Shown: positions 1-7,298, counted from the stretch's first letter. The stretch: DNA of 30,687 nt from a virus (IMGVR_UViG_3300020543_000021:1-30687); one strand, 5' to 3'. The notes: generated by a model not told the origin, from the letters alone. A program made the numbers and translations.

Positions 1-21
1 GGGGAGGGGGGGGGGGTTGGG

Positions 22-261
22 TCAGTCTGGGATTTGCAGACTGTAGCATCTTCCACCGTCCCAGAATCCCTCGGATGCAATCTCTAGAGCATTAATCTCC
101 TGTGACAGGTTGTGGAGGTCGAAACCTCGCCAGAGGTCAATGTGGAGGGTGGGGGTGTCATCATCGGCGGAAAACTCGCACGCTGCAATGTGAGCGGTTT
201 TGCGTTTTGAGGTTCTCCCCACCAAACGGTGGAGGCGTTTGTATTTTTGTTCGTTTGTCAT
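22..261 (-). CDS. Hypothetical small early protein (79 aa)
   Basis: ATG is preceded by an A/C-rich leader (CAAACTAAACAA-ATG) like its neighbours; tightly packed minus-strand operon. Confidence 0.7.
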   Translation of the reverse strand: MTNEQKYKRLHRLVGRTSKRKTAHIAACEFSADDDTPTLHIDLWRGFDLHNLSQEINALEIASEGFWDGGRCYSLQIPD

Positions 262-285
262 TTGTTTAGTTTGGATTGGGTTTGC

Positions 286-495
286 TCAGTGTCTGTAGAG
301 TTTGCCGTCGCTCCCAACACGGTGCGCGAGCATGGGAGAGGGAGGCGGGGTGAGGGTGATGCTCCAGTGGATATCAGTGGCGGAAAACTCTCGGGTGAGA
401 GCCCGCATTATCTCGTGTTCATTGTCTGCAGAGACGGTACCGACAAACGAGCGTGAGCCGTTTGGCGCGAGTGTGTATACGTAGTAGGTGCGCAT
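286..495 (-). CDS. Hypothetical small early protein (69 aa)
   Basis: Fills the gap between neighbours in the operon; leader CGCTAAACACTGACC-ATG shares the TAAACACT element of the other spacers. Confidence 0.7.
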   Translation of the reverse strand: MRTYYVYTLAPNGSRSFVGTVSADNEHEIMRALTREFSATDIHWSITLTPPPSPMLAHRVGSDGKLYRH

Positions 496-510
496 GGTCA
501 GTGTTTAGCG

Positions 511-1041
511 TTATTCGGTGCGCATTGGCATTATGAGGCCGAATGCGCCGTTGGCGTCGTACGGAAGGACGGTGATTATGCTTTTCGCATCTTTGAAGCA
601 TAGCGTAACCTTTTCGCAACCAATCGCTTCGGAAAGACGCTCAAGAAGCGCGAGGTCGAGCGTGACGGAAAACGCAGCATCCTCTTTGGTTAGTTTGGCG
701 GAGACAATCTCCGCCACTTTGGGGAGCCTGCTCCCGTCATACTCGGGGTGGAGTACGGGGTAGGATGCTCCGTTGGGGAGCGTGCAAGATTTTTCGCCCA
801 GCGTCAGAGTAGCGTCGGGGTACATTTTAAGCGTCGCTTTTCTGGCAGCCTTAAGAGCATCGATGGGGATACGCTTATCCTCAACTTCCTCTCCTTCAGC
901 TGTTTGAATCGGGACGCTCGCGAGGATTTTACCGTCCGTTGCGATTGCGCGCCCGTTTTGGATAAAGGGCTGAGTGAGAGTGGGGCGCGAGTCGTCTTTT
1001 GAGCATGCGGCTTCAATCTTGTGCAACTTGTTGATTCTCAT
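511..1041 (-). CDS. Truncated DNA polymerase III beta-clamp (DnaN)-like protein, 176 aa
   Basis: Start re-called to the ATG at 1041 (MRINKL...) after an A/C-rich leader. Motifs SKDDSRPTL, ATDGKIL and C-terminal GLIMPMR resemble the DnaN domain II motifs (D.RP.L, ATDGHRL) and the DnaN C-terminus (VMPMRL). Confidence 0.7.
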   Translation of the reverse strand: MRINKLHKIEAACSKDDSRPTLTQPFIQNGRAIATDGKILASVPIQTAEGEEVEDKRIPIDALKAARKATLKMYPDATLTLGEKSCTLPNGASYPVLHPEYDGSRLPKVAEIVSAKLTKEDAAFSVTLDLALLERLSEAIGCEKVTLCFKDAKSIITVLPYDANGAFGLIMPMRTE

Positions 1042-1069
1042 TTGTTTTAGTTTGGTTTGGTTTTTTTTC

Positions 1070-1124
1070 GGAGCGTCAAAACGCTCCCCTGTTCCCACTC
1101 CGAAAAGTGGGAAGTGGGGAACGT
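1070..1124 (-). promoter_or_regulatory. Intergenic stem-loop pair (possible processing site, attenuator or terminator)
   Basis: Minus-strand RNA ACGUUCCCC-AC-UUCCCACU-UUUCGG-AGUGGGAA-CA-GGGGAGCGU forms a 9+8 bp hairpin with an internal loop. It overlaps a second perfect 7-bp hairpin GGAGCGU-UUUG-ACGCUCC. Confidence 0.65.
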
Positions 1125-1466
1125 TCAGAAACTTGCGACAATCACGCCAGCGGGGAACTTGATGACCACGGTGTGGTCAGAAAGCCAGTCTAACGCATCA
1201 AGCTCCCTGTCATCAGCGCCTTGCGCATCTTCGCCGAGGTTTGGGTTTGGTTCAAACCCGTATTCAATCGCCGCTTCCAAAGCGCTATCAAACTCAGAGT
1301 AGTCGCAGCGCAAAGCCACGGTATCAAGTTCAAGTTCAACGCCTTGCGAGGATTCAAAGTCTTCAAGGTATTCAATCAGCGCGCGCGCTCCTGCTGGTGA
1401 CCAGTTTGCGCTAGTGTCTGACAGTAAGAGTCTTACGGCTTGCGATGTGGAGAGTGTTGTTTTCAT
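1125..1466 (-). CDS. Acidic small early protein (113 aa)
   Basis: D/E-rich; the motif ALIEYLEDFE...ELELDTVALRCDYSEF resembles a recurrent phage hypothetical family; preceded by the repeated spacer. Confidence 0.8.
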   Translation of the reverse strand: MKTTLSTSQAVRLLLSDTSANWSPAGARALIEYLEDFESSQGVELELDTVALRCDYSEFDSALEAAIEYGFEPNPNLGEDAQGADDRELDALDWLSDHTVVIKFPAGVIVASF

Positions 1467-1498
1467 TTTGGTTTTAGTGTTTGGGGTTGAGAGGGTTA
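1467..1498 (-). repeat. Intergenic repeat copy 1 (TAA-CCCTCTCAACCCCAAACACTAAAACCAAA-ATG on minus strand)
   Basis: Direct comparison with copies at 1724-1754 and 1965-1996. Confidence 0.85.
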
Positions 1499-1723
1499 GC
1501 AGTTAAAGCACACCTCGATATAATCCGGAATGTCGCCTTGTTTAAGGTGCTCAACTTCAGAGGGTTCTAGTAGTTTTGCAATGTCCTCAACGTGAACGAT
1601 TGCAAGTTCCTCAATGAGGATAACATTTAGGCTTTCCCAAGCTTCGTCCCTGACGGCGTTTAGGCGCGCTTCCGATAGTCCAATGTCCGATATGGACTTG
1701 AAGGTGATTGTGACTGAGTACAT
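1496..1723 (-). CDS. Acidic hypothetical early protein (75 aa)
   Basis: Bounded exactly by two copies of the intergenic repeat. Confidence 0.75.
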   Translation of the reverse strand: MYSVTITFKSISDIGLSEARLNAVRDEAWESLNVILIEELAIVHVEDIAKLLEPSEVEHLKQGDIPDYIEVCFNC

Positions 1724-1754
1724 AGGTGTTTAGTGTTTAGGGTTGAGAGCGTTA
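1724..1754 (-). repeat. Intergenic repeat copy 2 (TAA-CGCTCTCAACCCTAAACACTAAACACCT-ATG)
   Basis: Direct comparison with copies 1 and 3. Confidence 0.85.
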
Positions 1755-1964
1755 GTGGCGTACCGTCCCGCAGTGGCAGTCTGCCATGCCACACAAGGCG
1801 CGATTGATGCGGTTTCGTAGAGTTAACACGCTGCGTTGGTTGCGGTTGCGGTTGTGTGGTTGAGTCGACTCAGCGCGATAAGCTGCGTCGACTATCTCCT
1901 CCCACTCGAGAGGCGATTTGATGCGGATGGACGTGTTGTGTAACGTGTTACGTAGGGTTTGCAT
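1752..1964 (-). CDS. Hypothetical early protein with C-terminal LCGxxxCxCG cysteine motif (70 aa)
   Basis: Bounded by two repeat copies; ends LCGMADCHCGTVRH, a possible metal-binding motif. Confidence 0.75.
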   Translation of the reverse strand: MQTLRNTLHNTSIRIKSPLEWEEIVDAAYRAESTQPHNRNRNQRSVLTLRNRINRALCGMADCHCGTVRH

Positions 1965-1996
1965 TTGTTTTGGTTGGTTTGGGGTTGAGAGGGTTA
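1965..1996 (-). repeat. Intergenic repeat copy 3 (TAA-CCCTCTCAACCCCAAACCAACCAAAACAA-ATG)
   Basis: First 20 nt (TAACCCTCTCAACCCCAAAC) are identical to copy 1. Confidence 0.85.
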
Positions 1997-2149
1997 GCGC
2001 AGCGCGACGCGCAGTGTCAGTGTGACGTTAAGGATGAGGACGAGGGTGATTGCGAGAGCCTCGCCTGCAGTCCATTTGAGGTGGGACAAGGCGAGGATGT
2101 CCGCGATGCTGAGGGATGTCATGAGTAGGAGGAACGTGTTGGGGTTCAT
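1994..2149 (-). CDS. Small hydrophobic membrane protein (51 aa), first gene of the leftward operon
   Basis: Start re-called to ATG 2149 after CCAAAAAACCCCAAACCC; MNPNTFLLLMTSLSIADILALSHLKWTAGEALAITLVLILNVTLTLRVALR has two hydrophobic stretches. Confidence 0.7.
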   Translation of the reverse strand: MNPNTFLLLMTSLSIADILALSHLKWTAGEALAITLVLILNVTLTLRVALR

Positions 2150-2187
2150 GGGTTTGGGGTTTTTTGGTACGGCTCTGCCGTAGGGGT

Positions 2188-2216
2188 AATATCGGCAGGG
2201 GAGCGGGGAGAGTAAA
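2188..2216 (-). promoter_or_regulatory. Putative sigma70-type promoter of the leftward operon
   Basis: Minus strand reads TTTACT-17 nt-GATATT; a 6-bp hairpin TACGGC-AGA-GCCGTA (2168-2182) lies at the predicted +1. Confidence 0.5.
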
Positions 2217-2224
2217 GGGGAAAG

Positions 2225-2241
2225 TGCGAAAAAGTTGCGCA
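2225..2241. promoter_or_regulatory. Putative operator (imperfect palindrome TGCGAAAAAGTTGCGCA)
   Basis: Lies between the divergent early operon and terS; 13/17 identical to 25064-25080. Confidence 0.5.
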
Positions 2242-2300
2242 CAAGGGTGGAGAGAGGGAGTTGTTGCTCTCACTCTATGGTCACTGATTTTTTTGTGGCT

Positions 2301-2645
2301 ATGGTGTCTAATCTGACAGCAAGGGGTGCCGGACGTCCTATCGGCACGCCTAATCGTGTGGGGGCGATAGTCAAAGAGGCCATCCTCCGTGCCTTTGATG
2401 AGGTTGGCGGGCATGCGTACCTGGTCGCTGTTGCACGACAAGAGCCAAAAGCATTTTGTACATTGCTCGCCAAACTCGTGCCGAAAAACGAGACACCCAC
2501 TCCGGTTGCCACACTCGAGATGTCAGACCACGCACTTAACGACCGCCTCGCGGCTCTGCTGCGCGACAGCGGGGTCAGCCGAGAGGCCGTGAGTACTGGT
2601 GAGAGTGTGGATGCGGAGGTTGTAAGCGTGTTGCGCAAAGACTAA
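2301..2645 (+). CDS. terS: Terminase small subunit (putative)
   Basis: GRPIGTPNR...KEAILRAFDEVGG..YL..A..EPKAF..LLAKLVP pattern is typical of small packaging proteins; lies upstream of terL. Start uncertain (ATG 2301 or 2277). Confidence 0.7.
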   Translation: MVSNLTARGAGRPIGTPNRVGAIVKEAILRAFDEVGGHAYLVAVARQEPKAFCTLLAKLVPKNETPTPVATLEMSDHALNDRLAALLRDSGVSREAVSTGESVDAEVVSVLRKD

Positions 2646-2725
2646 CGCAATACAATAAGACTCATGGTTACAAGTGGTGTTGTCTCAATGCATCACAAGC
2701 AAACTAGCATTAATAAATCACAGGT

Positions 2726-2756
2726 GGGGCTAACCCCCCGAGGGGGTGGCCCCTTT
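2726..2756 (+). other. GC-run hairpin in the terS-terL intergenic region (terminator-like or packaging-site element)
   Basis: GGGGCTA-ACCCCC-CGA-GGGGGT-GGCCCC-TTT. Confidence 0.45.
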
Positions 2757-2852
2757 GCGGAAAAAGTTCCGGCTATACGCGAATGTCGCTCTTTTCGGGG
2801 TTTTTTCTTCACAGCGGCAAGCCGCGTGTGATTGACTGCGGGCACGCATCAA

Positions 2853-4289
2853 ATGGACGATTTCGAGTTGAAGCTGGAGTTAGCCGCGGTTCTCGAGGAG
2901 AAGCTGCGCCGTCAGCGCGAGCGCAAGCTGCTCGCGTACTACCCTGAGAGTGGGCCGTTGCGGCGGTCTGCGTACCCCAAGCACATGGCCTTCTTTGAGG
3001 CAGGGCCACGGTACCGCGAGCGGCTTATGATGGCTGCAAACCGCGTTGGGAAGACGGAGGGCATTGGGGGCTACGAGCTGACGTTGCACCTGACGGGGCG
3101 GTATCCGGAGTGGTGGCGTGGGCGGCGGTTTGCGAAGCCGGTTTCGGCGTGGGCGGCTGGGGACACGGGCAAGACGACGCGTGACATCTTGCAGCAGAAG
3201 CTGCTTGGGCCGCCTGGGTATTACGGCACGGGGCTTATTCCGAAGGAGGACATCTTGCGGACGCCGGCGAAGGCAGGGATAGCGGATGCGGTTGAGATGA
3301 TAGTGGTGCGGCACGAGAGCGGTGGAGAGAGCAGGGTGGTGCTCAAGAGTTACGACCAGCGTCGCGAGAGTTTTCAGGGCACGGAGCAGGACATTATCTG
3401 GTTGGACGAGGAGCCACCGTTGGACATTTACACGGAGTGTTTGCTGCGGACGATGACGAACGACGGGATGGTGATGTTGACGTTTACGCCGCTGCTGGGG
3501 ATGAGTGCGACGGTGATGGCGTTTTTGAAGGACGGTGAGGTACGGGAGCGGCAGGAGGGGACGAAGTACGTTGGGATGGCGACGTGGGATGACGTGCCGC
3601 ATTTGTCTCAGCGGCAGAAGGACGAGTTGTGGGCGAGCATCCCCCCTTTTCAGAGGGATGCGCGGAGCAAGGGTGTGCCGCAGTTGGGGGCGGGGGCGAT
3701 TTATCCGGTGGCGGAGAGTGACGTGGTGGTGGAGCCGTTTGAAGTGCCGGAGCATTGGCCGCGGTGTTTTGGGATGGATGTGGGGTGGAACCGGACGGCG
3801 GCGGTGTTTGCGGCGGTGGACATGGAGAGTGACGTGGTGTATGTGTTTAGCGAGCACTACATGGGGGCTGCGGAGCCTGCGGTGCATGCGGAGGCGGTGC
3901 GGGCGAGGGGCGGGATGCCTGGGGTGATTGATCCGGCTTCGAGGGGGAGGACGCAGATTGACGGGCAGCAGTTGTTTAACCGGTACAAGGGGTTGGGGTT
4001 GGACATTACGGTGGCGAACAACGCGGTTGAGACGGGGTTGTACGATGTGTGGCAGCGGATGAGCAGTGGGCGGTTGAAGGTGTTTCGGAGTTGTGTGAAC
4101 TGGGTGAACGAGTTCCGGTTGTACCGGAGGGATGACAAGGGCAGGGTGGTGAAGGAGAACGACCATTTGATGGATGCGACGCGGTACATGGTGGTGAGTG
4201 GGGTGCAGCGTGCGAAGAACCCGTTGAATCGGATGAAGAGAGCGTTTGTGGAGATAATGCCGTCGAAAAACTTCTTCTCACGGAAGTAA
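2853..4289 (+). CDS. terL: Terminase large subunit (P22 gp2-like)
   Basis: Walker A MAANRVGKT, Walker B IIWLDEEP, coupling motif LTFTP, nuclease motifs GMDVG and NDHLMDATRY. Start re-called to ATG 2853. Confidence 0.95.
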   Translation: MDDFELKLELAAVLEEKLRRQRERKLLAYYPESGPLRRSAYPKHMAFFEAGPRYRERLMMAANRVGKTEGIGGYELTLHLTGRYPEWWRGRRFAKPVSAWAAGDTGKTTRDILQQKLLGPPGYYGTGLIPKEDILRTPAKAGIADAVEMIVVRHESGGESRVVLKSYDQRRESFQGTEQDIIWLDEEPPLDIYTECLLRTMTNDGMVMLTFTPLLGMSATVMAFLKDGEVRERQEGTKYVGMATWDDVPHLSQRQKDELWASIPPFQRDARSKGVPQLGAGAIYPVAESDVVVEPFEVPEHWPRCFGMDVGWNRTAAVFAAVDMESDVVYVFSEHYMGAAEPAVHAEAVRARGGMPGVIDPASRGRTQIDGQQLFNRYKGLGLDITVANNAVETGLYDVWQRMSSGRLKVFRSCVNWVNEFRLYRRDDKGRVVKENDHLMDATRYMVVSGVQRAKNPLNRMKRAFVEIMPSKNFFSRK

Positions 4290-4312
4290 AATGAGATACG
4301 TTTAGATTTGTC

Positions 4313-6370
4313 ATGACGAAAGCGCAGATACATGCGGAGGCGTTGCGGGAGTTTGATAACATTGAGACGGTGCTTCGGCAGGAGCGGTTGCAGTGTTTGA
4401 ATGACCGGCGGTTTTGCGATATAGCAGGGGCGCAGTGGGAGGGGCCGCTTCAGGATCAGTTTGAGAATCGGCCACGGTTTGAGGTGAACAAGGTGAACTT
4501 GGCGGTGATGCGGGTGATTAACGAGTACCGCAACAACCGGATGACGGTGGATTTTCTGCCGAAGGAGGGAGCTGAGTACGACAAGTTAGCGGACACGTGC
4601 AACGGTTTGTATCGGGCTGGGGAGCAGGACTCGTGTGCGCAGGAGGCGTATGACAATGCCTTTGAGGAGGCGGTTAAGGGCGGTTTTGGGGCGTTTCGGT
4701 TACGGAACGAGTATGTGGATGATGAGGACGAGGATGACGACACGCAGCAGATTTACATTGAGCCGATATTTGATGCGGACACGAGTGTGTACTTTGATTT
4801 GAACGCGAAGCGTCAGGACAAGAGTGACGCGAAGCGGTGCTTTGTTTTGACGGCGATGACGCCGGACGCGTACAAGGAGGAGTGGGGGGATGACCCGCAG
4901 ACGTGGCCGAAGTCGGTGACGCGGGTGATGTTTGATTGGTACACGCCGGAGGTGGTGTATGTGGCGGAGTACTACCGTGTGGAGGAGGTAAGCGACACGG
5001 TTGTGACGGTGGAGACGTTGACCGGTAAGGAGGAGAAGTTGCGGGAGGGGGATGAGGGGTTTGAGGAGGCGCTTAAGGAGTTAAAGGCGTTGGGTGGGAA
5101 GGTGGCAAAGCGCAAGAAGGTAAAGACGCGCAAGGTGCACAAGTACATTTTGTCTGGGGGAAAGATTCTGGAGGATTGCGGGTACATTGCGGGGAAGAAC
5201 ATTCCGATTGTGCCGGTGTACGGGAAGCGTTGGTTTGTGGATAATGTGGAGCGGTGCATGGGGATTGTGCGGCTTGCGAAAGACGCGCAGCGGCTTAAGA
5301 ACATGCAGCTCTCGAAGCTGGCGGAGATTTCGGCTTTGTCCTCGGTTGAGAAACCGATTTTTGTTCCTGAGCAAGTGGCGGGACATCAGGTGATGTGGAG
5401 TGAGGACAACATCAAGAACTACCCGTACTTGCTGGTTAACACGATTACGGATGCGAGCGGGAATGCGGCGCCTGCGGGGCCGGTAGCCTACACGAAGTCC
5501 TCGCAGATACCGCCGGCGATGGCTGCGCTTTTGCAGGTGACGGATGCGGACATGAACGAGCTGCTTGGGAACGCGCAAGCGGCGGAGCGGATGGTGAGCC
5601 ATGTGACGGGCAAGGCGATTGACATGATCCAGCAGAGCCTGGGGATGCAGTCGTACGTGTACATCTCGAACATGGGCAAGGCGATTAAGCGTGCTGGCGA
5701 GATTTGGCTCTCGATGGCGAAGGACGTGTTTGTTGAGCCCAAGCGGAAGATGAAGGTGATTGATGAGGCAGGGAGCATGGACTCGATTGAGCTTCTTACA
5801 CCGGTTATCGATGAGGAGAGCGGCGACATTGAGTACGAGAACGATCTATCGGACGCGCAGTTTGACGTATCGGTGGACATTGGGCCTACGGCCCCGAGCA
5901 AGCGGGCAGCGACGGTGCAAGCGATTACGGGGATGATGGCAATCACGCAGGATCCGGAGATGCTGAAGGTGCTCTCATCGATGGCGATGCTGAACATGGA
6001 AGGGGAAGGCATCTCGGATGTGCGCTCGTACTTCCGCAAGCAGCTTGTGACGATGGGCGTGCTTAAACCCACCGAGCAAGAGGCCCAGGAGCTTCAGCAA
6101 GCCATGGCAAACCAGCAGCCAAGCCCAGAGGCTATCTACCTGCAGGCAGAGGCGCAGAAGGCCAATGCGCTAGCCACAAAGGCGCAGGCTGACACGGTGC
6201 TGACACTGGCGAAGGCAGAGGAGACGCGGGCTAAGACGGAGGACACGCTGGCGAAGACGGCGGGAACGAGTCAGGAGAACGCGATGAAGTTGGCAGACCG
6301 GATTGAGAGCGAGGTTGCGCGGATTATGCCGCAGCAGGCAGCGCCGGTAATGCCGATGCAGAATTTCTAG
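4313..6370 (+). CDS. Portal protein (P22 gp1-like)
   Basis: 685 aa directly after terL; GAQW, RPRFEVNKV, GGFGAFR, IPIVPVYG, GIVRLAKDAQR motifs; Q/A-rich C-terminal helical barrel. Confidence 0.93.
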   Translation: MTKAQIHAEALREFDNIETVLRQERLQCLNDRRFCDIAGAQWEGPLQDQFENRPRFEVNKVNLAVMRVINEYRNNRMTVDFLPKEGAEYDKLADTCNGLYRAGEQDSCAQEAYDNAFEEAVKGGFGAFRLRNEYVDDEDEDDDTQQIYIEPIFDADTSVYFDLNAKRQDKSDAKRCFVLTAMTPDAYKEEWGDDPQTWPKSVTRVMFDWYTPEVVYVAEYYRVEEVSDTVVTVETLTGKEEKLREGDEGFEEALKELKALGGKVAKRKKVKTRKVHKYILSGGKILEDCGYIAGKNIPIVPVYGKRWFVDNVERCMGIVRLAKDAQRLKNMQLSKLAEISALSSVEKPIFVPEQVAGHQVMWSEDNIKNYPYLLVNTITDASGNAAPAGPVAYTKSSQIPPAMAALLQVTDADMNELLGNAQAAERMVSHVTGKAIDMIQQSLGMQSYVYISNMGKAIKRAGEIWLSMAKDVFVEPKRKMKVIDEAGSMDSIELLTPVIDEESGDIEYENDLSDAQFDVSVDIGPTAPSKRAATVQAITGMMAITQDPEMLKVLSSMAMLNMEGEGISDVRSYFRKQLVTMGVLKPTEQEAQELQQAMANQQPSPEAIYLQAEAQKANALATKAQADTVLTLAKAEETRAKTEDTLAKTAGTSQENAMKLADRIESEVARIMPQQAAPVMPMQNF

Positions 6371-6404
6371 CTTGCGAGTAGCAGGCTAAGTTAGTAAAGA
6401 AAAC

Positions 6405-7292
6405 ATGAGTGAGATAACTCAGGCAGTAGAGGCTGAAGAGCCTTTGGAAGCCGTTGAGGAGATCGAGCCAAGTGCAGAGGCTGAAGTTGGGAACGCTGGC
6501 GGTGAGCCGGTGGAGAAGACGCAGGAGCCTGCGGTTGGCGATCAGAATCAAGAGGCGGAAGAAGTCGAAGTCAGCATCGGTGATTCGCCATCACAACAAG
6601 AAGAGAGCAGCAAGGAAGCACCTACTTGGGTGAAGGACTTGCGTAAGCAATATCGGGAGCTGCAACGTGAGAAGCGCCAGCTTGAGGAACGGGTAAGGAC
6701 AATGTCCACTGAGACCAATCCGGTGGCACAGCTTGGGCCTAAGCCGTCGCTTGAGGGCTGCGACTACGATTCGGCTAAGTACGAGGAATCGCTTGAAGCA
6801 TGGTTCGTCCGCAAGCGTGCGGTTGACGCAGAAGCTGAGAAGGCTGAACGCGCAAAGCAGGCTGAAGCGGAGGAATGGCAGAAGAAGCTAGCAAACTACG
6901 CTGAGACAAAGACGAAGCTGAAGGTTGCTGACTACTCTGAGGCTGAAGCAGCGGTTCAAGACGTGCTTAATGTCACCCAGCAGGGAATCCTGCTGCAAGG
7001 TTCAGAGAACCCTGCGTTATTGGTTTACGCCCTAGGTCGGAATCCTGCAAAGGCGAAAGAACTCGCGAGTATCAATGACCCCGTGAAGTTCGCGTTTGCG
7101 GTTTCAAAAATCGAAACTCAACTCAAAGTGACACCTAAAAAGACTGCACCGCCGCCGGAGCGGACAATATCTGGCACAGCAAAATCATCAGGCGGCTCGG
7201 ATGAGCAGCTTGACCGGTTGCGAGAACAAGCCGCTCGCACCGGCGACTTCAGCAAAGTGTTGGCTTACAAAAATCAGTTAAAAAACAAATAA
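6405..7292 (+). CDS. Scaffolding protein (P22 gp8-like)
   Basis: Acidic N-terminus, coiled coils, and C-terminal LDRLREQAARTGDFSKVLAYKNQLK resembling the P22 coat-binding helix-turn-helix; lies between portal and coat. Confidence 0.88.
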   Translation: MSEITQAVEAEEPLEAVEEIEPSAEAEVGNAGGEPVEKTQEPAVGDQNQEAEEVEVSIGDSPSQQEESSKEAPTWVKDLRKQYRELQREKRQLEERVRTMSTETNPVAQLGPKPSLEGCDYDSAKYEESLEAWFVRKRAVDAEAEKAERAKQAEAEEWQKKLANYAETKTKLKVADYSEAEAAVQDVLNVTQQGILLQGSENPALLVYALGRNPAKAKELASINDPVKFAFAVSKIETQLKVTPKKTAPPPERTISGTAKSSGGSDEQLDRLREQAARTGDFSKVLAYKNQLKNK

Positions 7293-7298
7293 AGACCT

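Noticed and set aside
1-21. Poly-G run at the window start (possible G-quadruplex or terminal repeat)
   Set aside because: At the sequence edge; may be a sequencing or assembly artefact or a degenerate copy of the C-rich spacer, and cannot be judged here.
1467-1996. CRISPR array or integron attC interpretation of the repeats
   Set aside because: The intervening segments are 210-230-nt ORFs, the repeats are not palindromic, and no cas1/cas2 or integrase is present.
1481-1999. GGGTTAG / TTTAGGG resemblance to telomeric repeats
   Set aside because: Single non-tandem occurrences that arise from the TAA stop plus the C-rich spacer.
2880-4166. 428-aa antisense ORF inside terL
   Set aside because: Its His/Pro/Arg-rich composition is the mirror of the G-skewed codons of a clear terminase; a shadow ORF.
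6372-6400. Possible promoter TTGCGA-17-TAAAGA before the scaffold gene
   Set aside because: The -10 box lacks the conserved final T; too weak to call.
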